Positions 44,350 to 58,731 of a stretch of 64,000 nt of DNA are shown here, in pieces. The stretch comes from Octopus sinensis. Lineage: Eukaryota. Location of the stretch: the NCBI RefSeq assembly GCF_006345805.1, contig NC_043019.1:8431360-8495359 (forward strand), written 5' to 3'. Every line of letters begins with the position of its first letter. The stretch's first letter is position 1. The notes below the pieces were generated by a model that saw only the letters and a program-made list of their open reading frames with translations, was not told the origin of the DNA and did not search any database. A program made the translations under genes and the position numbers.

Positions 44350-45243
44350 TTGGGTCATCCTATAAATAATGTTTTTTTATCCTTTTATTTTTCAGAAATA
44401 AGATAAGCAAAGTTTTTTTTTAGTCTAAGAACACGCTCCTTTATTTTCTACAATGATCTTACATCTATCTGGCAAACATGCAAAGTTCCCCTTTGAAAAT
44501 TAACTTTTCCGTGACGAAAAATACTCCTCCGGTTCTGTTCTGAAATCGTCTACAAAAGTCATATTTTCTCCATCCAAATGATTTTGAAGATTACGGAATA
44601 AATGATATTTAAAGATGGTAATGTCCGTCGAATATTGTGACTGGGTGGAGTATCATTTCCCATTGAAACTGCTCCAGCCTTTAGAATGTCAACCTTGCTA
44701 TATGTGACCGAGCATAATCCTGATGGAAGAACACGTTTCGTCTTGAAATCAAAGATGGTCTTTTTTCTTCTAGCTCTGACTTGAATGAACAAATCCAATC
44801 TTCTCTGCTAGTTCATCAACGGTTACGATGGTATTTTGTTTCACGAGGTGTTTGCAGGGTATCCCCATCGAGCTCTACATACCTTCCAAACGAGGTTCGC
44901 CTTCAAGGCTGTTTTTTTTTTCAAACTCGTAATTTCGTGAACCACCGTTAACACGGGCTGACGGTAATTGTCAGATCCCCAAATTACTGCATTAATATTC
45001 CTTACACCTTCCGTTGCGTTGTTGCTTTTATTAAATTCATAAAACAAAATCGGGCAAATATGCTCCTTTGTCATTTCCATTATAGATTTGAAAAAAATAA
45101 CTCTTCAAATCAAACTGCCCTCTTCAACCTTACACACACATTAAGTAAAAAGATAAGAATGTGGAGCATAAACTACTACTAACAAGGTGATGCAGGTACT
45201 TTATTCGTCCATGCAATGAAAAAATTGCATTATTGATGTGATG

Positions 45244-45249
<6 letters not shown>
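44350..45249 (-). mobile_element. Mariner DNA transposon, internally deleted, with TIRs and TA flanks
   Basis: TIRs ttgggtcatcctataaataatg and cattattgatgtgatgacccta; N-terminus MEMTKEHICPILFYEFNKSNNATE; C-terminus YSTDITIFKYHLFRNLQNHLDG (YSPDIAPSDYHLF-like). Confidence 0.92.
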
Positions 45250-45304
<55 letters not shown>

Positions 45305-45725
45305 AGTGGTTCAGTTGAACAGTATATCCTCGTCAGAGATAGCATGGAGTTCTGAAAAGTTTCGTGATTCGGACAGAAGCGATAAACTATCTACCTATTT
45401 TATACTTCTACTCGAGACCAACAGTATGTGTGTATGTATATATCTGTATATTTCTGTTGGTGCATGTGCTTGTTTCTACGTATGTGTGTGTGTTTGTGTT
45501 TGTGAGTGTGTTTGTGTGTTTGGGTGGCTTGCTAATTCCTTGTTCAAACGTTAAGAGCTTCTTGTAATTCGATATCTGATTTTTGTGTGATGCAATATGT
45601 CTAAATGATAAGATATATGTATACGTACACGCATAAATGTATACATATATATGCGTGTGTGTGTGTGTGTGCGTATGTGTGTGCGTGCGTGTGGGACTTG
45701 ACATAGATGATATATATATATATAT

Positions 45726-45773
<48 letters not shown>

Positions 45774-46859
45774 CATAGATAGATATAGTCATGTGAAATG
45801 AATGGTTCTTGGTGATACATTGTATACGTGTATGTATGCGTGTGTGTGTGTGTGTGTGTGTGTGTGCATGTGTGTGTGTGTTCGCGTGCGTCCCCTCTGT
45901 TTGTGTCTATGCTTGTGTGAACACACTTATGAAAGGAAACAGAAATACAGTAAAAATAAATGCGTACGAATTGCAATCTGTGGCTGAAACTCGACGCTGA
46001 CACCCGACGACAAAGGTGAATGTTAATAAAACGAAAAATTCTATTAATTTATTGAAAAATAGTATGTCTTTGATAACGTATACTATAGATGGTCGACAGA
46101 TATAACAGACTTCTACTCTTCGTTTCCTATTAATTTCCTGTTTGTGTTTCCTAATTATGCTGCGTAGCTCTATTCAGTTTCCCTTGTTCAATATTTAAAT
46201 ATAGAACATCCACCGAACGCGTGACCATTCTTTTCCTGTAGCCATTCTGTAGAAGCAAATATTCTTGGCGATTCCATATCTTCTCTTTGTTAGGATGAAT
46301 CATCGACGCAGACAACACACGCATTTACAAATTCACATGCGTATGCACATACATATTTACACAGACACACACACATACTCGCACACACACACAGACACAC
46401 TTACACATTGTGATTCCTGTACCACTCTCACATACACAAAGTCACAACCACACGGACACACAGAGACAAACACACTCCTAAGTTACAAACATATATATGC
46501 ATGACCTACGATGAACCTGACGTGATATATAAGCGAGCGCTGGCTTAAATTGCGTGCTAAATACGAGTTAGTCTATAATTAGGCAAAAGGGCTAATTTAC
46601 CAGATTTAATTGAATCAATTTTTATCCATTCTTCTTTATCTGTTACTTTATTTGCCCAAGTTGGAGCACAGTATTCTACTTTAATATTTACTGTTTTAAC
46701 CACCCACGGTACATATTAATATCAAAGATATATATCGTAATACTTGTGCATTTTGACGTAACAGGAGATAATTTCTTTCTAATAACGGTCTTTCAAATCT
46801 CTGAAAACTTTACAGGCGCAAACCACGTGCATGAAATTACACATAGATGCATATTTGTG

Positions 46860-46865
46860 TCTATG

Positions 46866-46936
<71 letters not shown>

Positions 46937-46937
46937 A

Positions 46938-46972
<35 letters not shown>

Positions 46973-46987
46973 ATATATATATCTATC

Positions 46988-47018
<31 letters not shown>

Positions 47019-47034
47019 CTTTCTATCTACCTGT

Positions 47035-47089
<55 letters not shown>

Positions 47090-47101
47090 CCTGTCCGTCT
47101 G

Positions 47102-47150
<49 letters not shown>

Positions 47151-47170
47151 ATATCTATCTATCTAACTAT
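46860..47170. repeat. ~310-bp (TATC)n tetranucleotide array
   Basis: Direct reading; source of the poly-LSIY ORFs. Confidence 0.97.
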
Positions 47171-47204
47171 ATCAGTCTATATCTCTATATGTGTATTACC
47201 TAAC

Positions 47205-47395
47205 CGTTTGTCATCAGCCTACTGCCATGCTGAGGCACTACGTTGAAGAGCTTAGTCGTAGAAATCGATCCCAGTCTTTAGAATGCCGGGTAATATTCTA
47301 ACAGTGTCTTTTGCCGATCAGTTAAGTTACTCAGATGTATAAAACACAATAACGGTTGCCAAGCTGTGATCGCTGAAAAACACAAAAACACACCT
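47205..47395 (-). mobile_element. SINE family A 3' half, degenerate
   Basis: ctgccatgctgaggcactac...ttagtcg...atcgatcccag...ttttgccgatcagttaagttac resembles 16150-16300. Confidence 0.55.
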
Positions 47396-49419
47396 ACATG
47401 GATAAATAATATATATATATATATTTATTCCAAGGAAATAAAATGTTGTGAATCCAACCCATTTAGGGATAATATCTATCCAATATACTTCTGGTAGAAT
47501 AATGTAATATAATTAATATTCTGTAGAAGCAAATATTCTTGGAGATTATTTGATGTATAAAAGTCGAACCACCTATTGATCCCCTCCATTTTCTTATTGC
47601 TATATATTTATATATTTATATATATATGTATATATATATATGTATATATAATTTCCTTGTTCCGTCTGCAATATATATTTCACATGGACACCTTCTGTTT
47701 CCTCACTATTACAGAATATTAATAAATATATACATATTCGTATCCTATGTTTTAGATATATAAATGGTGTAAAAATTAAGTATATCCCCTTAAAATGAAT
47801 AAATGTAGATCAACCTTCATAGATGTTCGACTCTTATTGGCATTTCAGCCTCAATGTCTCTATCGGCTTAAGTAATGTCAATGAAAGAAGGAGCCAATCT
47901 GTTTCTATTCTCCATAAAACTGGAATCTACCTGGAACGGGAGTTACTAATTTGCAAATTGTAAGACTTGAAGGCTATATTCAAAATTAGACTCATTTAAA
48001 TATGACATTATTCTTTAGTGCATTGGAGAAATTCTTTCAGTCACCCAGTAGTGATGAGCCGAGAATCATTTTACCTGCCGAGATGTAAAAGATAACGGGA
48101 GCGTTGCGACAATTGAAGACTCAACTCAACTGCCGTAGAATGCATTTTAATGTTCGCAGCAGGAATACTTTCGATCAAACTTTCTTCGAAGCAACTTTGA
48201 AACGAATAAAATACATTTATCAAAACTGCTCAAATCTTTCTTCGTATTTCTCCATACGCATTTGGTATTTTCTTGTGAATATTCTTATCTCGCATACGTG
48301 ATATCTTACTTCCTATGACTGGCAATTTCTTTCATGTCTAAGCGGATCGAGCTGTCTGTAGTAAATAGCTCTTGGAATCGCTAGAAATTGTAGCCATTTA
48401 TTTACTAAGCTATAGCGTATCATCTTACGAATAGCCGAGCGCATAGTTCACAAGTATGACAAGATATGTACATAAAGATAGAAACGCTAGAGTACAATAC
48501 ATTTCTGGTGTTAAATTTCAACTAAAAACCTTTTCGTTTCTGTCTTTCTCTTTCCTTGTTTTTGTTTCCCTCTCCCCTTCCTTCCCACCCTCTCTCAAAT
48601 AATTTTCATCTTGTCTTGAAGGTAGATATTTCATGAAAACTTACAACAAATACTTTAAAACAGACGATAACATTCATCTATTGCAGCACCAATGCAATTT
48701 TAGCACCATTCTGCATATTTTTACTGTTTCAATTCAAATTCTACATTTATAGACTTATCCCTTCCTTTCAGACTAATTTTTGTTTCTTCTAATCATTTCA
48801 TTCCAATTTGTTCCAGAAACTTTAACGGAAGAGCTTCACTCTAATTTATTTCGACAGAATGTGTAAAATATTAAAGATAAGAATTTGAAATTTGTAATTA
48901 ATTTCCGTTGCAAGCAATTCATATGTAATACATACAGGATTCCATAAATACACTGGAATTACCAAATGTTGACATGCACATATACATAATTCACACACAC
49001 ACACACATACACACACAGAAGCACAGATATGCATACACACTTATATATGTATACATACAACATTCTCATTATCATTTGTGTCAGTGATATGTCGAAATCG
49101 TTCGGATTTTTAGGAAATCAGAAGAGACACATATAGCGCTAAATGTTGCATATTTCTGCTTTAAGTCTGTTTCCATGCGTTGCCAGAAGTCTTTGGATCG
49201 CCATCGTCAATGTTGTTGTCCGAATTGGTTCAACCAAAACACAGTTAAATAGGGTGTCAACTATTTCACATTTTCTGGACCTTTTGGTAACTTAAAAGGT
49301 GAGTGGAATGAAGATCCAAATTCACTTAGACTTCTTCGAGGATATGTGGATGTATGTGTCTGTGTGTGTGTATGCGCGTACACCTACTCACATCTCTCTC
49401 GCTTCTATCTCTCTCTCCC

Positions 49420-49432
49420 TCTCTCTCTATAC

Positions 49433-49467
<35 letters not shown>

Positions 49468-49481
49468 CACATATATATATG

Positions 49482-49513
<32 letters not shown>

Positions 49514-49733
49514 TACATACATATATACATACATATATATATATGCATACATATATACATACATATATATATATACATACATATATACAAACATATATAT
49601 ATATTTATATATGTATACATATATACATACATATATATATACATATATACATCCATATATATATATACATACATATATACATGTATATATACATACATAT
49701 TTATACATATACATATATATATATACATATATT

Positions 49734-49790
<57 letters not shown>
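49420..49790. repeat. (TA)/(TACA)-rich microsatellite
   Basis: Direct reading. Confidence 0.95.
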
Positions 49791-49791
<1 letters not shown>

Positions 49792-49811
49792 CAGAGAGAA
49801 AGGAAGGAAGA

Positions 49812-50132
49812 TCCCTTCTCACGTCATGATCCCCTGCGGTCATGAATGACCATGGGATTGAAACTACAAATTTACCCTTCAAGGCAGAAGTCTGGGCATG
49901 GTTGTTTATGGAAGACCATCAGTCACCCATGCATAGCAGCCTCTCCTCTCTACGCCACCAAGGGCAAAGCAAAGGCCGATACAGCTCGGCACCCATCAAG
50001 TCGAGACTCATTTCTATAGTTGAGTGAAATAGAGCAACGTGAAATAAAGTGTCTTGCTCAAGAACTCAAGACGGAAAACGAACAAACATCCTCACGATTT
50101 TAAGGTCGACGACCTAACCAGTGAGCCATGTG
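49812..50132 (-). mobile_element. SINE family D, degenerate
   Basis: gtcatgaat...catgggattg...gttgtttatggaagacca...gtgaaataaagtgtcttgctcaag is colinear with 43995-44308. Confidence 0.75.
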
Positions 50133-50772
50133 TGTATATGTGTGCATGTAAGCTTGCCTGCATTCTGCATTTGTTTAATTTGTAAACAGGTATTTATATA
50201 TGTAAAATAAGCATCCACGGATTTACTCGTTTGTATATTTGCGTTATTGTGTGTCACGTGTAGAGAACTTGTGTACTTTCGGCAAAAACGTGTGGTTGTA
50301 TATGCAGCTAAGAAGGTGGGAACCAAACGCTAATGATGTTGGTTTTACAGTGACTGTCCACGAAGAGAAACGGAAGAAACTGTGCCAGAGCATGCAATAA
50401 TGTGCCATTGTTAAACTGCTAATGATTTCTTGTTAGTTTTGCAATGCAAAGATAGAAAGATAGGTAGATATCAAGATGTATACATAGAGAGATAGGTAGA
50501 CAGAGAGGGAACCAGGGGGAAAGAGGGAGAGCAAGAGGGAGAGAGAGAGAGCAGAAGGATAGAGAGGGATCGTGAGATAGATGGATAATATAGAGACGAG
50601 GAGGGGCAAGTTCTTGTAGATGCCTTTTTATGTAAGAGAAATGTATTTTCTTTATTGTTTCTATTTCTTTTTTTTCGAAACACGAAATCTAATGATGTCT
50701 GGAATCACAATCCTTAAACGAGCGAATTCTTTGTAATGTGTGTACATACACACACACACACACACACACCAC

Positions 50773-50804
<32 letters not shown>

Positions 50805-51450
50805 TTATATATATACATACACATACATACACAGACACACATATATATCTGTATATATGTGTATCTTTCTACATAGGAATTATGTGTTAGTATGTGTGTA
50901 TATTTGTGTATTCGCATATACTGGCAGCGACACACACACACACACACCCATATGTTTGCCTTCCGGAAGATTTATACGCACAAAGATATTTACATATATA
51001 AATACACTTACACACACAGGCACCTGTCCATAAATGTGTGTAGGTAAACTGGTAGCTATAATACATATACATAAATAAATAAATAAATAAACATATATAT
51101 ATATATATATTTATACATATATATACATGATATATATATATATATAATATCGATAGACAGATACATACATGCATATGTATATATACATATACATATATAT
51201 GTGTGTGTATGCCCTTGTGAGTGTGTATGCATATGTGCGTTCTTTTGTTAGTGTGAGCGCATGTCACATACACAAATGAATTAAAATACAGTGATGTTGC
51301 TTTGATCATTATGATCGCAAACTAGAAAAAAACATTTCTGCAACGTAACAATCTTCCGATTACAAGATTTTATTCGAGCAGGAAGGAAATTAAACAATAA
51401 TACTTAACTTGTCTACAATTATCTAATGATATGTTTTCCCATTTTTCTAG

Positions 51451-51510
51451 ATGTTGCCTGCAAGATGATGCAGGATGCTCCTTGTCCATTATACAATATA
51501 TATAAAGAAT
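51451..51510 (+). other. Candidate 60-nt symmetric (phase 1-1) coding exon, (D)VACKMMQDAPCPLYNIYKE
   Basis: Strong acceptor gttttcccatttttctag, donor AAT|GTGAGG, open frame; no recognisable homology. Confidence 0.2.
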
Positions 51511-51788
51511 GTGAGGAGAAGGTCGGAAAGGTCGAGAGTAGGTGTAGACTGTGTTGATAGTCGTGTCTGTGCTGATATAATAATTACAGTATGATAGTGA
51601 GTGGGTCGCTATAACGATCCAAACTTTAGAGGATAATCACTGAACAACTGAGGGGGGGGGGTACAGATAGAAACATCCTATCAATGACTTCTGACTATAA
51701 CAATATCTGTCAAAGCTACAACCGTCGTCAAAAGACACAACAATGGCAAAAGACGCTTTACAACACACACAAACACTCACAAACACAA

Positions 51789-51834
<46 letters not shown>

Positions 51835-54761
51835 ATATGCAGCCTCACGTAATATTATCATATGCGGACAGAGGACACGTTTTACTCCAAATTCAGAGAA
51901 GCGCAAATATTCAAGTGGATTCCATTTTGGTACGGAAATAAACCAATATTGAATAAGCACGCACTTTAAATATAATTCTACAGATCCGTGTATAATTTTA
52001 TTAAAGTTAACCAGAGAACAATTTTGATCATACATAATCCCTCGGTGATCGACAGAAGAACCAACTTGTTGATCGATCACCAATAAATGAAACAATAGAA
52101 AATTGTGAAAAGAGAAAAAAGAGACAAAATTGCTCTCTGTCGATGCAATATTCATACTGGCATCAATTTAAAACGGCCTTTTCCATTTTTTTCTTCTATT
52201 ATAAAGCATTTAAATTACAAACAATGTATTTCCCGTAGCTAGGCATCCTTCAATTTTATTTCATTATATCACCTGAACTTTGGCTTTTTTAATTACAATA
52301 AAACGGATACATCAATCCTCAGCGCTCACATCGCTGTGTCCCGGATTCCTAATCAATATACTTCTACTCGGAACACTATCCATCATAGCACACTGGTTGT
52401 TACGGTTGGAATAGCAATCCTTTTATTCATGTAGTCGTTCAGAGATAAAGAGCTATTTATTCGAAACTTGAATACCCTAAACTAGCGAACGCAATCCATC
52501 AATCTTTCTGTTAAATCTCCCCAAAGCCCCTCAAGCTGGATGGATTACATATAGTTGCCGGTGTCTGAAATATTACAAATTAATGATGGCTTCTTCTCCT
52601 CTCGTTTAGAAATATCCCGTAGGCCTCTCGCTTTGATTCTATTGATCTGATTTATTATTGATCGCTGTTCCGTTATATTGTGTTTATACCCATTATGTAT
52701 TTATTTTAATTATGTAACTTGTTAATTTATATGTTTATTTTTGGATATGTGTGTTTATGTCACATGGTTTACTCTTCTGCTTCAAGAAAAAAAGGGGGAA
52801 CAAAGATGAAGGCTAAATCGAAATGGTCTCAGAGACGTAGAGAGTGTTTAATGAGTAGAAATATTCGCCAGTATTTGTACAATAGGATTACATTCGTAGT
52901 GTAATGACAGTGATGATAATGAGAATAAGAACGAGCGCGATGCTGACAGCGATGACAACAAGGATGACGGCGATGGTGATGATGACGAAAGTGACGACCA
53001 ACATGATTACAATGATGACGGCGACGATGATGAGGATACATTCACTTAAGACAGAATTTGTTTTTTATTAATAAGGTGTGTTAATTAACACCACGTATCA
53101 CGAGTCTTGTTACTTACTTCATTATTTCGATCCGGTAGGTGGAGTGTCAAAGCTTGACCTCGACGGAAATAAAATTCAAAACGTAAAGAATTCGATGTAA
53201 GAACTGTAAACAACTACAAAGACAGCAACAACAGCACCAAATCTTACAAGACATTCGCATAGTATCTGTGTGAAAAGAAACATTATCCTTCTGTCTATAC
53301 TTAATGAAGAGATAAAGGTCATAAGCAGATCATATTTATAAAGAAAAGTGCAACAAAGAATTTGAATCCCAAGAGATCATTCATGAGAGGTCGAAGAAAA
53401 ATATTTATATATTTCTACTTACGAGAACATGAAGCTGATTAAATTTCGTCTTAAGTACCGAAAGCCTTCCCAGACATATCAGGAGAAATTATCTCAACTG
53501 CGAAAGGCACGAGCTATAAGATATTTGATGAAAAGCGATTTACTGTTCAAACAACGAATTGACCAACTGGTTGCTGCAGTCACTGAAGAATTTATAATAA
53601 GAGAAAATCTGTTCAGTTAAGAATATAAATATAACGCAAAAAAATAGATTTAAAGTAAAATTAAAATTAGTACATTTCGAACCTTAGAGAAAAAAACCAT
53701 CAAGTTGTTGATGTTGCAAATGCGTCCACCGTTGTTTAGTTTTGAATTCGTTTAAAAATGAATACCAATCGGGAATGTGGTTAATTCAACGGCGATGTAT
53801 GCAAACCATCCTTACTTCTTGGAATATCGTTTGTTTTATTGCAACTTTGATATATTTCCATCAGACCAAAATATAAACACACATTGTTAGGTGCATGCCT
53901 GTACATATATGTGTTTATAATATGTGTGTGTTTGTGTCTCCTGCCATGTTTTATCTGATACTTCTTCTCCCTGCCTACATCATCTTTAAACGATCCTCCG
54001 GAATATTTTTCGATGATGAGGCCGCATAAAATGAAACACATCCCGCATCTTTATTATAGAATCAAAAATGACTAATATTTGTTCTTTGTATTTGGCAATT
54101 CATACGAACGTTTTTTTTTGAATTTTCTTTGGCTGTTCTGCATATCTTTCCACAGATAAATCATTTAGCAGATAAAATTCCCTCTCGGCTATAAGTGTAA
54201 TTTAACTAATTAAATTCTCTTCCGCTATCACATTATGACTGTTATCGTCTACATCGCTGTTTATCTTTACATATAGCAAATGTCCCTGGGTATCTCTATA
54301 TATTTCTCATTGAAACTTTATTTAGTTTCGTAGTTGTTTAGATGGAAGTTAGTTTTTGATTGCTACGATTTCTTTTGACCTTAGTATATGATTGTCGACG
54401 TAAACGCAATGGAATTTTTACCTAGCACTCAAAGGTGTGAACTTATTTATGGCACATGTATTTTTTCCTTTTGCGTCACTACAACATTGTTCATTTTCTA
54501 AGATAAATGTCTAAAAGGTGAATGACCTGCATTATTTTGCTCGGTAAAGTGAGTGTAGTCAACTGTTATATCAATGCTACTTCGTGACTGATCTGAAGTT
54601 GAACCCAGCGGGTTTATAACTTAGAGGCAAGATCAATGCCATGAAATACAGCAACGCAATTTTCCCACGATTTACATATTCTGACAAAATATATGATACA
54701 CAAGTAAATGTCTATCTGATCCCAAGACTACTTAGAAATAAGAGAAATATTTCTTCTTAAA

Positions 54762-54972
54762 TGTGGCAGAAACGTTAGCACACAGGGCGAAATACTTAGC
54801 AGTATTTCGTCTGCCGTTACGTTCGGAATTCAAATCCTGCCGAGGTCGACTTTGCCTTTTATCCTTTTGGGGTCGATAAATTAAGTACCAGTTACGCACT
54901 GGGGTCGATGTAATCGCCTTAAGTCCTGGTTTGTCCTCTCTATGTTTAGCACCTTGTGGGCAATAAAGAAAT
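54762..54972 (+). mobile_element. SINE family B
   Basis: tggcagaaacgttagcac...gaggtcgactttgcc...ggggtcgataaattaagtaccagttacgcactggggtcgatgtaatcg, as at 30796-31023. Confidence 0.9.
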
Positions 54973-54976
54973 GAGA

Positions 54977-55148
54977 CATGTTAGCACGCTGGGCGAAATG
55001 CTAAGCGTTATTTCGTTTGTCTTTACATTCTGTGTTCAAATCCCGTCGAGGTCGACTTCGCCTTTCATGTTTTCGGGGTCAATAAATTAAGTACCAGTTG
55101 CGTACTGGGGTTGATCTAATCGACTGGCCCCTCCCCAAAAGTTTCGGT
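54977..55148 (+). mobile_element. SINE family B, second tandem copy with variant tail
   Basis: Same core gaggtcgacttcgcctttc; tail tggcccctccccaaaa differs from the upstream copy. Confidence 0.85.
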
Positions 55149-55251
55149 AGAAATGAAATATCCGTCTTAATCTAAATGCTGTCTTCAACCCAGAAGACGC
55201 TCTAACACACTATACATGTTGTAGGCTTAATTGTATGGTATAGACTTGATA

Positions 55252-55575
55252 GAAGACACGTGGCTTAGTGTCTGAGATATTCGACATACGATCGTAATGT
55301 CGTGAGTTCAATTCCCGGCGACGCGTTCTGTCCTTGAACAAGACACTTTATTTTCCCGTTGCTCCAGTCTTATCAGCTGGCAAAAATGAGTTGTTCCAGT
55401 ATTTCAAAGGGCCAGCCTTGTCAAACTCTGTGTCACGCTGAATTTCCCTGCGAACTACACTCTGCATACACGTGTCTGTGGAATGCTCAACCACTTGCGC
55501 GTTAATTTCACGAGTAGGCGGTTCCGTTGATTCGGATCAACCGGAACGCTCATCGTCGTAACCGATGAAGTACTC
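55252..55575 (+). mobile_element. tRNA-derived SINE, family C
   Basis: cgtggcttagtg...gagttcaattcccggcg head; gtccttgaacaagacacttt core; reverse-complement similar to 56119-56445. Confidence 0.85.
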
Positions 55576-56118
55576 CGCTTCCGGCATTGCATCAAAATCA
55601 AGAAATTATCACAAATGCAGAAGAACCCAAGAACCAATTGGCAGCATCTAAATGATTGATGGAATATGTCTGCCGGCCAAGAACAGTAACGTTATATACC
55701 AACAGGTGTTCACTCAGTTTCTTTCTACCAAACTGAATTCAAACGGTTTCTGGTCGAAGAAAGATGGGATCAGAAAACAGATTTAACTAAATTTAGATGG
55801 ATTTGAAGCGGACGTATTAACCAGGGAGTCAATCGTAAGTTGTAAACGGAAAGTTAAGTGAAGTGCAATAACATTTGATGAATACGTGCCTGATGTTGTT
55901 GTTGTTGTTGTTTTAGTGCCGCCTGATGTCACAGCAAAGTAAAATAGGATCCAGTAAATGAGCGTCTGTTTTTGCTTCCATAGTCAGGCAACTGGTGCAC
56001 AGATATTGTTTAGCTTAAATTAAACTCTAAGCGAGAAAACGCAAGATCAAATTAAACCCAGTCATAGAGAACCCGATTATTTTTCGACATACAGGGTAAC
56101 AGACGATACATTGTCTAA

Positions 56119-56445
56119 CTTAACAGACTCCGCCGGTTACGACGACGATGGTCCCAGCTGATACGATCAACGGAACAGCTTGCTCGTGAAATTAACGTGC
56201 AAATGGCTGAGCATTCCACAGACACGTGTACCCTTAACGTAGTTCTCGGGGATAATCAGCGTGACACAGAGAGTGACAAGGCTGACCTTTGAAATACAAG
56301 TACAACTCATTTTTGCCAGCTGAGTGGACTGGAGCAACGTGAAATAAAGTGTCTTGCTCAAGGACACAACGCGTCGCCGGGAATCGAACTCACAACCTTA
56401 CGATCATGAGCCGAATGCCCTAACCACTAAGCCACGCGCCCTCAC
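56119..56445 (-). mobile_element. tRNA-derived SINE, family C, full length with 11-bp target-site duplication
   Basis: A- and B-box-like tggcttagtggttagggc and gagttcgattcccgg; acattgtctaa at 56108-56118 and 56446-56456. Confidence 0.92.
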
Positions 56446-56859
56446 ACATTGTCTAATACACTGCCTTCAGTAACGGAGTGGGCATATTTTGAGCGTAATT
56501 TAGCTTCTATATCTAGAAGCCAGAACATCTAACCAGAATTTCTTTCGCTGTTACAGTTTAATATTCGATGATGTAGCTAAGTGCAGGTCACTTTCACCTG
56601 TAACAACATTAGATAGTTATTAACTGACTGAAATTACGCAACTGCTTTCCATTGTGCCTTCTGAAAACATATTTTCATTTGAGCTAATGAGCATTTTTTT
56701 TCTCAATAGGGATATAATTACAAATGATAAATGGATAAATGTTATTTTCCTTCACCAGCTAAAGGATACTGACGTACATTTAATGAGTTATTCTGCATGC
56801 AGGAGGCCCCCCTAGGGATATTTCTCAATACACACGCGCGCATGTCTATGCATGCATGA

Positions 56860-56863
56860 AATA

Positions 56864-56939
<76 letters not shown>

Positions 56940-57060
56940 GATGTATGTATGTAGTATGTATGTATGTATGTGTGTATGTATGTATGTATGATGTATGTAT
57001 GTATGTATGTATGTATGTATGTATGTACGTATGTATGTGTGTATGTATGTATATACACAT
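56860..57060. repeat. (TA)n-(TATG)n compound microsatellite
   Basis: Direct reading. Confidence 0.95.
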
Positions 57061-57599
57061 AGATATGTATTATATTAAAGGAAAAATATAAACCTCGACA
57101 GAACGAGTATCTCAAATCATTTAGAATAATTTAATTAGAGTAAGGTGAATTGGAGGTCTTACACTCTTTTCTGGGATAACCTAAGCGGTTGGTCGACATG
57201 TCCATGCACTGGGTAATCCATCGTCCGAGGCAAGGTATGAATATTTTAGACAGAGAAGAATTTACAGATACAAAGAATAAAATTCACACTTTATCAGGAA
57301 TAAAATAGAATAAAAGAGTAAAATAGAAGAATAAAAAGTAAATGTAGTCAGAAGGATATAGGCAAGAGTATAACGTTTACAGTTCATCTTTTTTCCAGAG
57401 GATATGGATGTAGTTCGGTGCTTCCATGAGCGTATAGGTTTTTAGTTATCCATGAATCTATAGGATTTTAGTTATTTATCAAATGGTCAGCGTGAAATTT
57501 CAGATATAGTCATTTTAAACCCCATCTCCGGTTAGCCCTTCACAAGACATTGGTGTTGCCTTGGCGGAGTTTTGCGCTCTCTGAGTTCACTTGATGTTG

Positions 57600-57653
57600 T
57601 TCTTGTTGTTATTGTTATTGCTGTTGTTGTTATTAATTAATATTATTATTATC

Positions 57654-57709
<56 letters not shown>

Positions 57710-57770
57710 GATTATTATTATTATTATTATTATTATCATCATCATCATCGTCATCATCATCATCAATAGC
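57600..57770. repeat. (TTG)/(TTA)/(TCA)n trinucleotide array
   Basis: Direct reading. Confidence 0.95.
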
Positions 57771-58644
57771 TGTCACATGTGTGGTGGACCCAATTAAAGT
57801 TTGAATCCTTACTGAAATCGCCCCGCCACCTTCCTTTATACTGGAAGCTAACTCGTCTTTATTAGTTCGGTAGTTTTGTGGAATAAGTATGTGAAAGAAA
57901 TAGTTGAAGACAGGTATGTGCATCTTTCAGAGTGAAAGTGAGACTAGAAAGGGAAGAGCTGCCTTCCAGCAATTTTCCTGAAATTAGAAAGCGACGGGCG
58001 ACCATGTCCCGACTAAATGGGTCGACATCAACAAAATGAACGAAACTAGTAAAGGACAATTGAGAAATGACGTTTATATGAATTTTCTAGTTTCGATTTC
58101 CATGAGTAGCGCAGAGAATTACGCCCCTTTTCATTATTTATTCCATATTCGAAAATTGTTGTTTCTTTATTTCTTTTTACAAATTTTTCCTTATTTCCTT
58201 TTTACAACATCGAAGTATTTTCACATTTTATCCTCCTTCTGCACAGTGTTCAATGATTTTTGTCAACTCAGGATGGTTAATAAAAACAAACTATTGTTAT
58301 CGTTGTTATTATTATTCTTATGTTGAACTTGATCATGATGTATTAGAGAGGATAATGGTACAGAAAGCTGTAATAGTTCAGTTATTAAATAAATGAATGG
58401 AATTTAGAAGAAACAAAGATGCAGTAATAAGAACTTAGCTAAGATTGTCTCCAATTTTCATGAAAAACAAAGTCTTGGTGTCAGCTTGTCTGCTGAGAAA
58501 ATGCGTCAGAAAAAGTGAAAAAAAACAAAGGCGAAACAGAATTACTAACGATAGAACCCTCACATTCTATCGCGACGTAAGTTCTTTCGAAAAATTCTTA
58601 GACTGAAATATATTTACATACTCTTCAAAATAACATGTATGTAT

Positions 58645-58689
<45 letters not shown>

Positions 58690-58700
58690 TATATATATAT

Positions 58701-58731
<31 letters not shown>

